From an uncultured delta proteobacterium (lineage in GTDB: Bacteria; Myxococcota_A; Polyangia; Polyangiales; JAFGIB01), in assembly GCA_963778655.1 (NCBI GenBank), contig CAVZVA010000011.1, positions 32,001 through 96,000 on the forward strand: DNA of 64,000 nucleotides, written 5' to 3'. Positions within the stretch are counted from its first letter, which is position 1; every line of letters starts with the position of its first letter. Shown piece after piece: positions 38,845 to 49,216 of the stretch. The notes under the pieces are model-generated. The model searched no databases, was not told the origin of the DNA, and was given only the letters and a program-made list of their open reading frames with translations. The position numbers were made by a program, and so were the translations under genes.

Positions 38845-40602
38845 TTGCCACGAGCTGCTTTGCGCGTATGTGAGCTTCAGTCGAAGCCGTGGGGAGGTCC
38901 AGCTCTGTCCTCTCGCATCAAGCGGGCGATCGCGCTTCTTGGGACTCGCGGTCGGACCGAGAGCGCGAAACGCCCATCCGTGCTCGCTGGCGACGCCATC
39001 GCCGGCGAGGTGGCGCGGCGCGTCGAGACGCGGGTGATCGCGCGCAGCGACCTCACCGGTCACGGCCTCGAGGAGATCTTGTTCGAATCCGTCTATCGGG
39101 AGGAACGGCGTCTCGCCCAGGCCGAAGAGGATCCTCGCAGCAAGGACGACCGGCGCTTCGTCGACTGGCTGCGCCACGAGCTCGCCCGCGCGGATGAGGA
39201 TCAGCGACGCCGCTTGATCGGCGTCGTGTTGGATCGCTACTCGGCTGAAATCGCCGGCAACTTTGACCCGCGCGTATACCGCTTCGCCACCACCCTGCTG
39301 CCTCCCGCGCTCAGCGTGCTGCTGCACGGCGGCCGGCCGACGACACGGCTGTTCGACGTGCAGGACCGCGTGCTGATCGAAGGCGACCGCGATGTTTTGC
39401 GTGCGTCGGCACGCGCCGGCACGCTGGTGTTCGTCCCCACACACGCATCGAACCTCGACGCGCTCCTGCTCGGCCACGCGATCTACGCGCTCGGCTTGCC
39501 GCCCGTCGCGTACGGCGCGGGTCTGAACCTGTTCACCAATGCGCTGACAGGCTACTTCATGCACAACCTCGGGGCGTTCACCGTCGACCGCAAGAAGGGC
39601 GACCCGCTATATCGCGAAGCCGTGAAGGAGTACATGGCCGTGCTTCTCGAGCACGGCCAGCACGTGCTGTTCTTCCCCGGAGGCACGCGCAGCCGTTCAG
39701 GCGCAATTGAGCAGCAGCTGAAGCTCGGGTTCCTGGGCACGGCGGTCACCGCGTTCCGCAATCGGCGGGCGCGCGACCGCCGTAGCTCACCCATGTTCAT
39801 CGTGCCGTGCACGCTGAGCTATCCACTCGTGCTCGAGGCGTCGTCGCTGGTGGAGCAGTACCTGCAAGCAGAGGGCGGGCCGCACTTCGTCGACGTCCGC
39901 GACGAGTTCGAGCGGCCCGAGCGCTGGTTCGATTTCCTGTTGCAGCTCGCGCAGCTCGACGTGCGCGTGCACGTACGGTTCGGCCCGCCGCTCGACTTCG
40001 TCGGCAATCCGATCGACGTCGACGGCGTGTCTTACGACGGCCGCGGGCGCAAGCTCGACGCGACCCGCTATCTGGTCAAACCCGGAACGGATGGGGAGCT
40101 GGTCGAGGATGCCGACCGAGACGCGGAGTACACGCGGCGACTTGCAGGTCAGCTGGTCGGTTGCTTTCATCGCCAGGCAATCGCGTTGCCGAGCAGCGTG
40201 CTCGCGTTTGCGGCCTTCGAGCGGCTGAGACAACAGCTCCCGGGGCTCGATCTCTTCCGCCTGTTGCGGGTGCTGGGCCCGCAGGCGTCCCTGCCGATCG
40301 AGCAGATTCGCTCCGACCTCGACGTCGTGCTCGCGGCGCTTGGCCGGCTCGAGACACAGGGTGCGATCCACCTCGACCCCGAAATGCGCGCAAAAGGGGC
40401 TGCTTTCGTGCTCTCGCAAGGAGGCTCGACGCTGTCACGTTATCACCGCGTGCCGGCACTGACCCGCGACGGCGCGAGCCTGCGCGTAGGCGATCCCACG
40501 CTGCTATTCTACTATCGCAACCGCCTCGACGGATATGGGCTGCCCGCCGCGCTCGGTGCGCACGAGATCCAAGTCCACGCAGACCATGAGGCGCCGGAAT
40601 GA
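38845..40602 (+). CDS. plsB: Glycerol-3-phosphate acyltransferase, PlsB-like (start uncertain, possibly GTG 38980)
   Basis: PTHASNLD (HX4D), GAGLNL, GAFTVDR, FFPGGTRSRSG. Confidence 0.8.
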   Translation: MPRAALRVCELQSKPWGGPALSSRIKRAIALLGTRGRTESAKRPSVLAGDAIAGEVARRVETRVIARSDLTGHGLEEILFESVYREERRLAQAEEDPRSKDDRRFVDWLRHELARADEDQRRRLIGVVLDRYSAEIAGNFDPRVYRFATTLLPPALSVLLHGGRPTTRLFDVQDRVLIEGDRDVLRASARAGTLVFVPTHASNLDALLLGHAIYALGLPPVAYGAGLNLFTNALTGYFMHNLGAFTVDRKKGDPLYREAVKEYMAVLLEHGQHVLFFPGGTRSRSGAIEQQLKLGFLGTAVTAFRNRRARDRRSSPMFIVPCTLSYPLVLEASSLVEQYLQAEGGPHFVDVRDEFERPERWFDFLLQLAQLDVRVHVRFGPPLDFVGNPIDVDGVSYDGRGRKLDATRYLVKPGTDGELVEDADRDAEYTRRLAGQLVGCFHRQAIALPSSVLAFAAFERLRQQLPGLDLFRLLRVLGPQASLPIEQIRSDLDVVLAALGRLETQGAIHLDPEMRAKGAAFVLSQGGSTLSRYHRVPALTRDGASLRVGDPTLLFYYRNRLDGYGLPAALGAHEIQVHADHEAPE

Positions 40603-41651
40603 CCGAACCGCTGCGAATCACGGTGCTGGGCGCCGGCAACTGGGGCACTACCGTCGCGCAGCTGTGCGCGCAGAACGGCCACGCAGTGACACTGTGGTCA
40701 CGCGACCCGGAGCGCTGCGCCGAGATCAACCGCAAGCATACGAACACACGCTCGCTGCGCCAGGTCTCGCTCGATCCCACCATCGTGGCGGTCCACGATC
40801 TCGCGCAGGGGGTTTCCGCCGCGGACCTGATCTTCATCCTGCTTCCATCGCAGGCGCTGCGCGAGCTCTGCCGGCGATTCGGAGAGGTGGCGCGTCCCGA
40901 GCACCTCGTCGTTCACGGCATCAAAGGCCTCGAGATCGACTCTCACGCACGCATGTCTCAGATCCTGCGTGAAGAGACGTGCGTGAGGCAGATCGGAGTG
41001 CTGGCGGGGCCGAACATCGCGACCGAGATCGCACACGGCAAGCTGGCCGGAACCGTAGTCGCGACACCATTTCCTGCGCTGGCGTCTCTGGTACGCACGG
41101 CCCTCGAGTGCGCGCAGCTGCGGGTGTTCCACGCCACGGACGTCCGCGGCGTCGAGCTGTGCGGAGCGCTGAAGAACGTGGTGGCGATTGCAGCTGGGAT
41201 GATCGATCAGCTCGACCTGGGTGAGAACGCCAAGGCGTTCATGCTGACGCGCGGCATGGTCGAGCTGACGCGCCTCGCGTCGGTGATGGGCGCCCAACCC
41301 GCGACGACGACTGGCCTGGCCGGCATCGGCGACTTGATGGTCACCTGCGCGAGCACGCTCTCGCGCAATCACCGCCTCGGAGTCGAGCTCGCGCGTGGCG
41401 TGTCGCTCGAGGACGCGCTGGCGCGGATCGGTATGGTTGTGGAAGGCGTGTACGCGTCGCGCTCTGCGCGTGCGCTGGCCGAGCAGCACGGTATCGCCAT
41501 GCCGCTATTCGACCACATCGACCAGGTTCTGCACGAAGGGCTACCGGTTGCGGCCGCGATCGATGCACTGATGGGGCTTCCCACGGGTCACGACGTGCCG
41601 CACGTGTTGCGCAGCGTTCCGACGGTTCGAAAAGCAGCTGGACCACGATGA
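40599..41651 (+). CDS. gpsA: NAD(P)H-dependent glycerol-3-phosphate dehydrogenase
   Basis: GAGNWGT, KGLE, GPN, GALKNVVAIAAG, GIGDLMVTC, SRN, VEG. Confidence 0.95.
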   Translation: MTEPLRITVLGAGNWGTTVAQLCAQNGHAVTLWSRDPERCAEINRKHTNTRSLRQVSLDPTIVAVHDLAQGVSAADLIFILLPSQALRELCRRFGEVARPEHLVVHGIKGLEIDSHARMSQILREETCVRQIGVLAGPNIATEIAHGKLAGTVVATPFPALASLVRTALECAQLRVFHATDVRGVELCGALKNVVAIAAGMIDQLDLGENAKAFMLTRGMVELTRLASVMGAQPATTTGLAGIGDLMVTCASTLSRNHRLGVELARGVSLEDALARIGMVVEGVYASRSARALAEQHGIAMPLFDHIDQVLHEGLPVAAAIDALMGLPTGHDVPHVLRSVPTVRKAAGPR

Positions 41652-43768
41652 CGTTGGTGACGCGCTTACCTGAACCGTTGGCCGCGTTGGCGGAGCTCGC
41701 GTATGACCTGCGCTGGGCGTGGCGGCCCGAATGCCGGCGGCTGTTCAGCTCGCTCGACGATCGCCTGTTCCAAGAGTGCGGGGAAAACCCAGTCGAGCTC
41801 TTGATCGAGGCCCCCCCTGAGGCCCTCGGGCGATTTGCCGAGGACGAGGCCTTTCTCGAGCGCATGCGACGCATCATGTCCGCCCGGGCAGCTGACCTGC
41901 AGCGCCCCTATGCCGCCGCGCTTCCGGCGTCGCCGCAGCATCCGATCGCCTTCTTTTGTGCGGAGTTCGGCCTCCATTCGTCCTTGCCGGTGTACGCGGG
42001 CGGACTCGGCGTCCTCGCCGGCGACTACCTCAAGGAGGCATCCGATCGCGCGCTCCCCGTGGTGGGGATAGGGCTGCTCTACCGCTGGGGCGCCTTTCAC
42101 CAGCGCCTCGACCCGGGCGGATGGCAACACGAGTACTGGACGCCAGTGCGCAGGACTCACCTGCCCATCGAACCCGCGCTCGCAGGGGACGGCTCACAGC
42201 TGCGGGTGTGCGTCCCAATCGCAGGTCGCGAGGTCGTTGCAGGCGTGTGGCGGGTGCAAGTGGGGCGAGTACCGCTGTTTCTACTCGACACCGATCAGCC
42301 CGACAACCATCCCATCGATCGCTACATCTCCGCTCAGCTGTACGTCGGCAGTCGCGAGCTACGGCTACGGCAGTATCTCGTGCTGGGCATAGGCGGCGTC
42401 CGCGCGCTGCGCGCATTGGGCATCGATCCGTCGATCATCCACCTGAACGAAGGCCATGCCGCTTTCGCCGCGCTCGAGCTGCTGCGCGAGGAGGTCGCGA
42501 GCGGGCGCTCGCCCGCCGACGCCTGGGCCGAGGTTCGCGAGCACGTGGTGTTCACCACTCATACGCCGGTCGCTGCCGGTAACGAGCGCTATTCGCAAGA
42601 CGAGCTGCGTCGAGCGTTCGGAGACTACGCGCGATCGATTGGCGTGTCATGGCAGGACGTGTTTGCGCTGGGGCGAAGCGGTGACGACGCGCCCGACGCG
42701 TTCGGGCTGACACCGCTCGCGTTGCGGGCCGCGCGCGCTGCCAACGGCGTCAGTCCTCGTCACGGCGAGGTCGCCCGTGGAATGTGGAGCGCCCTGCGCG
42801 CGGTCGGCGGCTCTTCGCCCATCGGTCACGTCAGCAATGGCGTGCACCTGCCGACCTGGATGTCGGAAGCGATGACCGATCTGCTGACCCGCTATCTCGG
42901 CGAGGGTTGGCAAGAGCGCGCCGCGGATCCGCGTACTTGGGAGGCCGTGCAAGACATTCCCGACGCAGAATTGTGGGCTGTGCGCTGTGCCCTGCGGCGC
43001 TCGCTCGTCGACTATGTACGCGCGCGGAGCGTGGAAGATCGTCTGTCGCGCGGCGAGAGCCTTGACTACGTAGAGGCGGCCGCAAAGGCCTTCGACCCGG
43101 AGCTGCTCACACTGGGATTCGCGCGCCGGGTCGCCTCATACAAGCGCCTGCACCTGCTCACGTCGGACATGTCCCGCGCAGTTGCGCTGTTGTCTTCCGA
43201 TCGGCCCATCCAAGTGCTGATCGCCGGCAAGGCGCACCCCCGCGATGACGAGGCCAAACGTATCATTCAGGTCGTGTTTGGCATGAAGTCTGCGTGGATG
43301 GTCGGCTCGCGCGTCGCGTTCCTGGAAGACTACGACATGGCTGCGGCAGCGCGTCTGGTGGCGGGCTGTGACGTATGGGTCCATACGCCCCGTCCTCCGC
43401 TCGAAGCGAGCGGCACGAGCGGCATGAAGGCGATGCTCAACGGCAGCCTGAACCTGGGGGTGCGGGATGGCTGGTGGCAAGAAGCCTGGGACGGAGACAA
43501 CGGGTGGGCGATCGAGAGCGATTCGACGCTGGACCCCCACGTGCAAGATGCACGCGACGGCGACAGGCTCTACAGCTTGCTCGAGCGTGAAGTTGTCCCG
43601 CTATTCCACGACCGAGACGCCGGCGGTGTGCCGTCCCGATGGGTGACCAAGATCAAAGCCTCGCTGCGCACCCTGGGTCCGCGCTTCAACGCCAGTCGCA
43701 TGCTCGAGGACTACCGCGTGCGCCAGTATGCCCACTCCGAGCACCCGCTACGCCCCCAAGGCCCATAA
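41648..43768 (+). CDS. glgP: Alpha-glucan (glycogen) phosphorylase
   Basis: YAGGLGVLAGD, HLNEGH, FTTHTPV, NGVH, ARRVASYKR, AGKAHP, EASGTSGMK. Confidence 0.95.
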   Translation: MTLVTRLPEPLAALAELAYDLRWAWRPECRRLFSSLDDRLFQECGENPVELLIEAPPEALGRFAEDEAFLERMRRIMSARAADLQRPYAAALPASPQHPIAFFCAEFGLHSSLPVYAGGLGVLAGDYLKEASDRALPVVGIGLLYRWGAFHQRLDPGGWQHEYWTPVRRTHLPIEPALAGDGSQLRVCVPIAGREVVAGVWRVQVGRVPLFLLDTDQPDNHPIDRYISAQLYVGSRELRLRQYLVLGIGGVRALRALGIDPSIIHLNEGHAAFAALELLREEVASGRSPADAWAEVREHVVFTTHTPVAAGNERYSQDELRRAFGDYARSIGVSWQDVFALGRSGDDAPDAFGLTPLALRAARAANGVSPRHGEVARGMWSALRAVGGSSPIGHVSNGVHLPTWMSEAMTDLLTRYLGEGWQERAADPRTWEAVQDIPDAELWAVRCALRRSLVDYVRARSVEDRLSRGESLDYVEAAAKAFDPELLTLGFARRVASYKRLHLLTSDMSRAVALLSSDRPIQVLIAGKAHPRDDEAKRIIQVVFGMKSAWMVGSRVAFLEDYDMAAAARLVAGCDVWVHTPRPPLEASGTSGMKAMLNGSLNLGVRDGWWQEAWDGDNGWAIESDSTLDPHVQDARDGDRLYSLLEREVVPLFHDRDAGGVPSRWVTKIKASLRTLGPRFNASRMLEDYRVRQYAHSEHPLRPQGP

Positions 43769-43849
43769 GCCGTGCAGTCGCCCCAATTGACGAAACGATC
43801 CGAAACCGCGATCGTGCGGGTTGTGATTCGCTTGACCAAGGAGAGGCGT

Positions 43850-44455
43850 ATGAGCTTGCGACGTATCGAGGTTCTCTTGTCCTTTGCCTGTGCATTGCTT
43901 CCAGCAGCTCTGACGATCGGCTGCGGGGGAGGAGGGAGCAGCAGCAGCGACAATCCGGTCGCGCTGTGCATGCAGGGGTGCGATAAGACGGTCTCGCTAT
44001 GCTATGCGGACGGGGGCACGTCGGCCTCCAGCATCAAGAACCAGTGTGCGAGCAGCTGCTCGAGCACCGGCGGCAGCACGAGCCAGCAAACGTGTTCCAA
44101 CTCGAACGCCATCATCTCGGCCTACAAGGGCTGCTTGGCAAAGACGACCTGCAACGATCTCATGAGCTGTGTGACCATGATCCCTCCATGCGAGGGCGGC
44201 GCGACAGGTGGCTCGTCGGGCACCACGGGCGGCACGGCGGGACAGTCCTCCGGCAGCGGAGGCACGGCCGGCCAGACCTCCGGCACCGGGGGCACGAGCG
44301 GCGGAGGCACTTGCGCAGATCTGCTCGCCTGCTGCAACCAGGCAGCCGCCAACCTGAAGAGCGCCTGCATGATGACCTACTCCGCGGCCATGCCGAGTGG
44401 AGACACGGCCTGCGGCTTGGTGCTTTCCGGCGCCAAGTCGGCCTTCTGTCCCTGA
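43850..44455 (+). CDS. Cys-rich lipoprotein
   Basis: GGAGAGG RBS, LTIGC lipobox, two Cys-rich modules separated by a Gly/Ser/Thr linker. Confidence 0.75.
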   Translation: MSLRRIEVLLSFACALLPAALTIGCGGGGSSSSDNPVALCMQGCDKTVSLCYADGGTSASSIKNQCASSCSSTGGSTSQQTCSNSNAIISAYKGCLAKTTCNDLMSCVTMIPPCEGGATGGSSGTTGGTAGQSSGSGGTAGQTSGTGGTSGGGTCADLLACCNQAAANLKSACMMTYSAAMPSGDTACGLVLSGAKSAFCP

Positions 44456-44611
44456 GCGCACACCCGGGCTCGAGACGGCCTGCACGGAGCCAGAACCCGG
44501 CCGGGACGGTCCCTCCTCTGTCGAGGTCCGTCCCCGCCGCGCCTTCTTCCTCCCCGCTGCTCCCCGCTGCGCCTTCTTGAGCTCCCGCGTTCACCGCGCG
44601 GGAAGCGGTGG

Positions 44612-45322
44612 TTACTGCACCAGCTCTTCGGAGATCACGTCCATCTGGATGAACTGGCCGTTGAACGGCTTGGGGTAGGGAGAGATGTCCGCAACCACGA
44701 TCGGCATGCCGTTCTCGTCCTGATTCAGGATCAACGCCCCATCTTGCGCGTCGGCTGCCAGTGTCACCGTGGAGCCGCCTTCGAGCAGGATGGTCTCCTC
44801 GTAGTCGATGGCGAAGCAGTTGTGAACGCCTGCTTTACCGGCGTTCAGATAGTAGATCGCCTTGGGCGCGGAGGTCTCGAAGCTGTAGATGTTGTAGTTC
44901 CCGTCGTTCGGCGCACCGCCCTGGTACCAAGAGCCGTCCTGCTCGCCGCCGGCATAGCTCTCCTGTTCGACCACACCACGGAATCGAAAGGTGACGCGAT
45001 GCGTCTCGCCCTTGTGGCCTTCCAGCTGCGCTGTGGACGAGAATAGCTCATTGGTAGGCTCGCACTTGTAGTCGGCGATGGCGGTCGACGCGCAGGGCAT
45101 CTCCCAGCGCAGCCCGTCGAGCACAGAGGCGATCTTCACCACCGGGATGTCCTGCTGTCCCTGCCCTGCGTCCTCGCTCGAGGGTGCCGGAGGCTGATAG
45201 AAGGGCGCTTTGTTCTGTTGCTTGCAAGCGGACGCAACCACCAGAAATGCCGCGAGGGGGCTGCACAAGACTCCGCGCGCGCGTGCGCTGTCGCAATCGA
45301 GAAGCCTCCTTTTCCGAGTCAT
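44612..45322 (-). CDS. Hypothetical lipoprotein
   Basis: VASAC lipobox-like signal and a globular beta-rich domain (LDGLRWEMPC...FRGVVE). Confidence 0.7.
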   Translation of the reverse strand: MTRKRRLLDCDSARARGVLCSPLAAFLVVASACKQQNKAPFYQPPAPSSEDAGQGQQDIPVVKIASVLDGLRWEMPCASTAIADYKCEPTNELFSSTAQLEGHKGETHRVTFRFRGVVEQESYAGGEQDGSWYQGGAPNDGNYNIYSFETSAPKAIYYLNAGKAGVHNCFAIDYEETILLEGGSTVTLAADAQDGALILNQDENGMPIVVADISPYPKPFNGQFIQMDVISEELVQ

Positions 45323-45854
45323 CGACTACCGATCCTAGCGCAAGCCAGGTGGCGGGTACAGGCCCTCTGGCGGCCTGCCGGGGCGGTGTTCCCCGGACAG
45401 CCGAGCCGACCTCCGGCGTGGGCGAGAAGTAGCCATGGGCCGACTGCACGCTGGCCATCCAATCGAAGCCTTGGCCCGCGGTGTCGCGGATCGACAAGAG
45501 CGGGGCGCTCGTGCGAGCCGCACACGCGACCTGGATCGTGCCTGCATCGAGCGGCTCGATCACGGGCTGCGGCGGACCGCCTTGATTGAAGATACAGGCC
45601 GACGCCACCAGCGTGTCCACGGTCGCGGCGTCCCCGGTTCCGAACGGGACCGGCCGCCCAAAGCGCGACCGTTCTCGAATGCAGCAGACCGGCGGCGCAT
45701 CCGCGTGCGCTACGGCGTCAGCGTACCCGGCGCGCGGTCGTCTCGGATCCATGGCGGCGAACGATTCGCTCGTCGCGTACTTTGGGCACCCGACCGCGCG
45801 CGAACGCGCCCGCCCCACGAGCCGCAACTGAGCATGCTATCCGTGCTCGGGTCC

Positions 45855-46562
45855 TCAGCTCGACGTGCCGAACGCGAGCACACTCTGGCCAGTGAGCTGC
45901 GTGACGGAGGTGACCAGATGGAAGTTCATGTTCATCACCTGGCTCGTGGCGTCCGCGCCGTTCGAGTCCTGCGTCACCGACAGCAGCTCGAGCGGTGCGC
46001 CCTGCAGCTCGAGCGACGTGCGGTCACCACCCGCGGCGACGTTTCCGTCATAGGTCCGCAACGCCGCCACGAGTTGCTCGTACACGTCGCAGCTCCCAGG
46101 GACGAAGTCGTAGGACACGATGTGCTTCTTGGCTTCCATCCCGCCGGGCGAGCTGCACAGGTAGAAGTCGGGATAGCTCATCGCCAGCATCTGCGCGTCG
46201 TGCTTGTCGAGGCCGAAGATGTAGAAGGTGCTCGGCGTGTCGTCCTGCAAGACGGGCGCGCCGCCAAAGAGCATGACGGTCTTCGTGTACGGCGTGCCGA
46301 CGCTGAAGCGTGCGGTGAAGTCCTTCATGTGCTCCACCAGCACGTCGCCGTCCATTTCGACGGTATTGCAGTCGGGCATGGGGCCCGCGCCGGCTTTGCC
46401 GCCCGCCTGCGCGGTGCCCGCGTCGGACCTCGCACTGACCTGGAGAAACTGTTCGTGCTGGCTCGAACAGGCGGCGCAGAGCACCGCCGACAGCACGCAC
46501 GCGATCCAGAGCCGGCGCTGGACGGACGCGACAGGGCGGTCCACGCCTCGTCGGTACCTCAT
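45855..46562 (-). CDS. Hypothetical lipoprotein
   Basis: LCAAC lipobox, short DAG linker, globular domain; start uncertain (46562 or 46544). Confidence 0.7.
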   Translation of the reverse strand: MRYRRGVDRPVASVQRRLWIACVLSAVLCAACSSQHEQFLQVSARSDAGTAQAGGKAGAGPMPDCNTVEMDGDVLVEHMKDFTARFSVGTPYTKTVMLFGGAPVLQDDTPSTFYIFGLDKHDAQMLAMSYPDFYLCSSPGGMEAKKHIVSYDFVPGSCDVYEQLVAALRTYDGNVAAGGDRTSLELQGAPLELLSVTQDSNGADATSQVMNMNFHLVTSVTQLTGQSVLAFGTSS

Positions 46563-46900
46563 CTGGTCAATTATACCGAGCGCCCTGCCCGGCATCCATG
46601 TGTGTCTCGGCGCCAGGCTCGCGGAGGCGACCGAAGCGCTTCCCCACCGGGATCACATCGGCGTGCGAAACCTGCCTCGGACGACCGGGTGTGCGCGATG
46701 CGCGCGCGACGAAATCCTGGAGCCCGGCGTGCCCGGGCGCGTCCCATGGTCCTCGCTGTCGAGCTGCTCGCGCGGCGCGCGGAAGCGATGGCTAGGCGGC
46801 TGCTCGCTCGAGCGGGCTTTGTGGCGATCGAGAAGCTCGGCCTACTTTTCATGACGGATCCTTCCCCTGGCCGGCACTGCGATCGATAGTCGGCTCCACG

Positions 46901-48403
46901 ATGGATTCCGCGACCAACGGACAACCACCCACGCCAGCGACCGGTGGGGCCGCGACAGGCGGTTCTGCATCCTCCCAAGGCGACAACTCCGGCGGCGCCG
47001 CGCTGGGATCCGGAGGTCGCCTCGGCTGGGACGGGCTGCATCGGGCCGGACGGAGCGGCGGGCAGCGGTGGTTCCAACAGGCGCCGAAGCCTGCCTCACG
47101 CTGGGCGATCTGCCTGGCCATCAGCACCTGCTTCGCGTGCTCGAACGGGAGCGCAGGACCCCGACAGCAGGACCCTACCGAACCGTCGGCCGGCCTCACG
47201 GGCGCGATCGGGGGCACCGGCGGCATGCCGCTCGGCCCTCCTGGCGCGGGCACCGGCGGCTCGGGCGCTGCGGGAGGCAGCGCGACGGCCGGGAACGGCG
47301 CGGGGGCAGGCGGGTCGGGCGGTTCCGGCATGGGAGGCGCGTCCGGGATGAGTGCCGTGGGCGCGGGCGGCGCTGCGGCTGCTGGCGCGGGCGGCGTCGC
47401 GGCTGCTGGCGCGGGCGGCGTCGCGGCTGCTGGCGCGGGCGGCAGCAACGCCATGGATGCTGGCTCGGACGGGAGCATGGGATCGGCCGGAAGCGGCGGC
47501 GCCGACGCTGGAACGACCTGCCCCTTGCCCACGACGTTCAAGTGGGCCTCGGGACCACCGCTTGCCCAGCCGAAGAACGGATGGGTCTCGCTCAAGGACT
47601 TCAGCCACGTCTTCTACAACAACAAGCACATCATCTACATGACGACCCACGATCAAGCGAATTGGGGCTCGGCCATGTTTACGTTCAGTGACTGGCCCGA
47701 CGCCGCTTCGGCCACGCAGACCAAAACGTCGTTCGGTGTCGCGCCGACACTCTTCTACTTCACGCCGAAGAACACTTGGGTGCTCGCCTACCAGTGGGGT
47801 AGTTTCAAATTCAGTTACAGGACCTCGTCCGATCCCTCCGATCCCAACAGCTGGGGGCCCGAGCACAGCCTGTACAACACGGGGCTGCCCTCCGGCGGCA
47901 CTGGGCCGATCGACCAGACTGTGATCTGCAACAGCACGAAGTGCTATCTCTACTACGCAGGGGACAACGGACATATCTACAAATCGTCGCTGCCGATCGA
48001 GAGCTTCCCGGGCGAGTTTCCAGGCGCGCAGGACAGTGGGATCCAGGGGACGAGCCAAAATTTGTTCGAGGCAGTCCAGGTCTACTCGATCAAGGGCTCG
48101 GATGAATATCTGATGATCGTAGAGGCGCAGGGTTCCGCGAGATACTTTCGGGCGTGGACCGCGACCGATCTGGAGGGTCCTTGGACACTGCTGACCGATA
48201 CCTTTGCCGCCAAGAGCAACGTAACCTTCAGTACCTCTTGGACGAATGACATCAGTCACGGGGACTTGGTCCGCATCAATCCCGACGAAACCTTCACCGT
48301 CGACCCGTGCAACCTGCAGATGGTCTTCCAGGGGCGTGACCCCAACGCCAACGTGTCCTACGGCCTGCTCCCGTATCGCCCGGGGCTGCTCACCCTGCAG
48401 TAG
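46901..48403 (+). CDS. Glycoside hydrolase family 62 alpha-L-arabinofuranosidase, lipoprotein-like (start uncertain)
   Basis: WVSLKDF, VAPTLFYFTPK, WVLAYQWG, PIDQTVI, LFEAVQVY, DISHGDLVR, YRPGLLT. Confidence 0.92.
   Translation: MDSATNGQPPTPATGGAATGGSASSQGDNSGGAALGSGGRLGWDGLHRAGRSGGQRWFQQAPKPASRWAICLAISTCFACSNGSAGPRQQDPTEPSAGLTGAIGGTGGMPLGPPGAGTGGSGAAGGSATAGNGAGAGGSGGSGMGGASGMSAVGAGGAAAAGAGGVAAAGAGGVAAAGAGGSNAMDAGSDGSMGSAGSGGADAGTTCPLPTTFKWASGPPLAQPKNGWVSLKDFSHVFYNNKHIIYMTTHDQANWGSAMFTFSDWPDAASATQTKTSFGVAPTLFYFTPKNTWVLAYQWGSFKFSYRTSSDPSDPNSWGPEHSLYNTGLPSGGTGPIDQTVICNSTKCYLYYAGDNGHIYKSSLPIESFPGEFPGAQDSGIQGTSQNLFEAVQVYSIKGSDEYLMIVEAQGSARYFRAWTATDLEGPWTLLTDTFAAKSNVTFSTSWTNDISHGDLVRINPDETFTVDPCNLQMVFQGRDPNANVSYGLLPYRPGLLTLQ
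47360..47443 (+). repeat. 24-bp tandem repeat (about 3.5 copies) in the GH62 linker
   Basis: GGCGCGGGCGGCGTCGCGGCTGCT units encoding GAGGVAAA. Confidence 0.85.
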
Positions 48404-48413
48404 GGGAAAGTGG

Positions 48414-49004
48414 TCAGTCGCACTTGCCGCCGAGCAGGCCGGCCTTCAGGTCGGTGTCGGGTGGGTGGGCGCCGAGCCAGACGCGAAACAGGGCCGAGGC
48501 GAAGGCGTCGCTGGCGATGCGTCCGACGGGCTTTGCGCCCCCGAGCACCGACAGGCCCTGGCCCGGCACGTGGCGAAAGGTGAGCTCGTTGCCCTCCCGC
48601 AGAGGAGGCAGCATTCGCTCGAGGCGCTTCATCTCCTTGCGCGGCATCGAGGCTCCCGAAGGCGCGTTTGCGCGCAGACCGTCCTCGAGCGCCTCGAGCA
48701 TGTCGTCGCGCGAGACGTCGCGCACGAAGTGCAGAGTCAGGCTGCGGACCTGATCGCCTCGCATCAGCACCGAAGGGTCGTGCGACGGGCGCTCCACGTA
48801 GAGCGCGGCGACGTAAACGTGCACGTTGAAAAGGGTCGCCCGCCGGATCCCCATCCCGTTGCGAACCAGCGCCTTGCCCTCAACCCGAACGTGGGAGGGA
48901 AAGCGCACGCCCCCGCAGGTGCCGTCCGCCGCCAGCACCGACACCGGAGCCACAAACAGCACGGCCGCCTCTAGGGCTGCCCAGGCTGCGATCCCGCGGG
49001 GCAT
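48414..49004 (-). CDS. Chalcone isomerase-like secreted protein
   Basis: Signal peptide; LVRNGMGIR, VYVAALY, LHFVRDV, FASALFRVWLG, LKAGLLG. Confidence 0.85.
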   Translation of the reverse strand: MPRGIAAWAALEAAVLFVAPVSVLAADGTCGGVRFPSHVRVEGKALVRNGMGIRRATLFNVHVYVAALYVERPSHDPSVLMRGDQVRSLTLHFVRDVSRDDMLEALEDGLRANAPSGASMPRKEMKRLERMLPPLREGNELTFRHVPGQGLSVLGGAKPVGRIASDAFASALFRVWLGAHPPDTDLKAGLLGGKCD

Positions 49005-49166
49005 GAAGGGCGAAACGGATCGCACGGTTCCAGTGGCTCACATACGCACGCCGGGCGCCGCTGCCAGTCGCTCACACGCACGGGTCCATTCGCTCAGCAA
49101 CCCGGTCGAGCACGGCCAGGTCGCTCGCTCATCGACCCGGGACAGGGATCTGCGCTAAGCAAGCGT

Positions 49167-49216
49167 CTAAATGACCGATCACGATTCGGGACCGGCCATG
49201 CCGATCGGCCATTTAG
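49167..49216 (+). repeat. Repeat family C, stand-alone 50-bp module
   Basis: CTAAATGACCGATC...GATCGGCCATTTAG; matches the first 50 bp of 31593 and the reverse of 57968-58017; contains the TAA stop of the 49213-49548 gene. Confidence 0.85.

Noticed and set aside
45335..45830. Possible gene between two lipoproteins
   Set aside because: No convincing start or motif; the frame runs into the neighbouring gene; at best a decayed remnant
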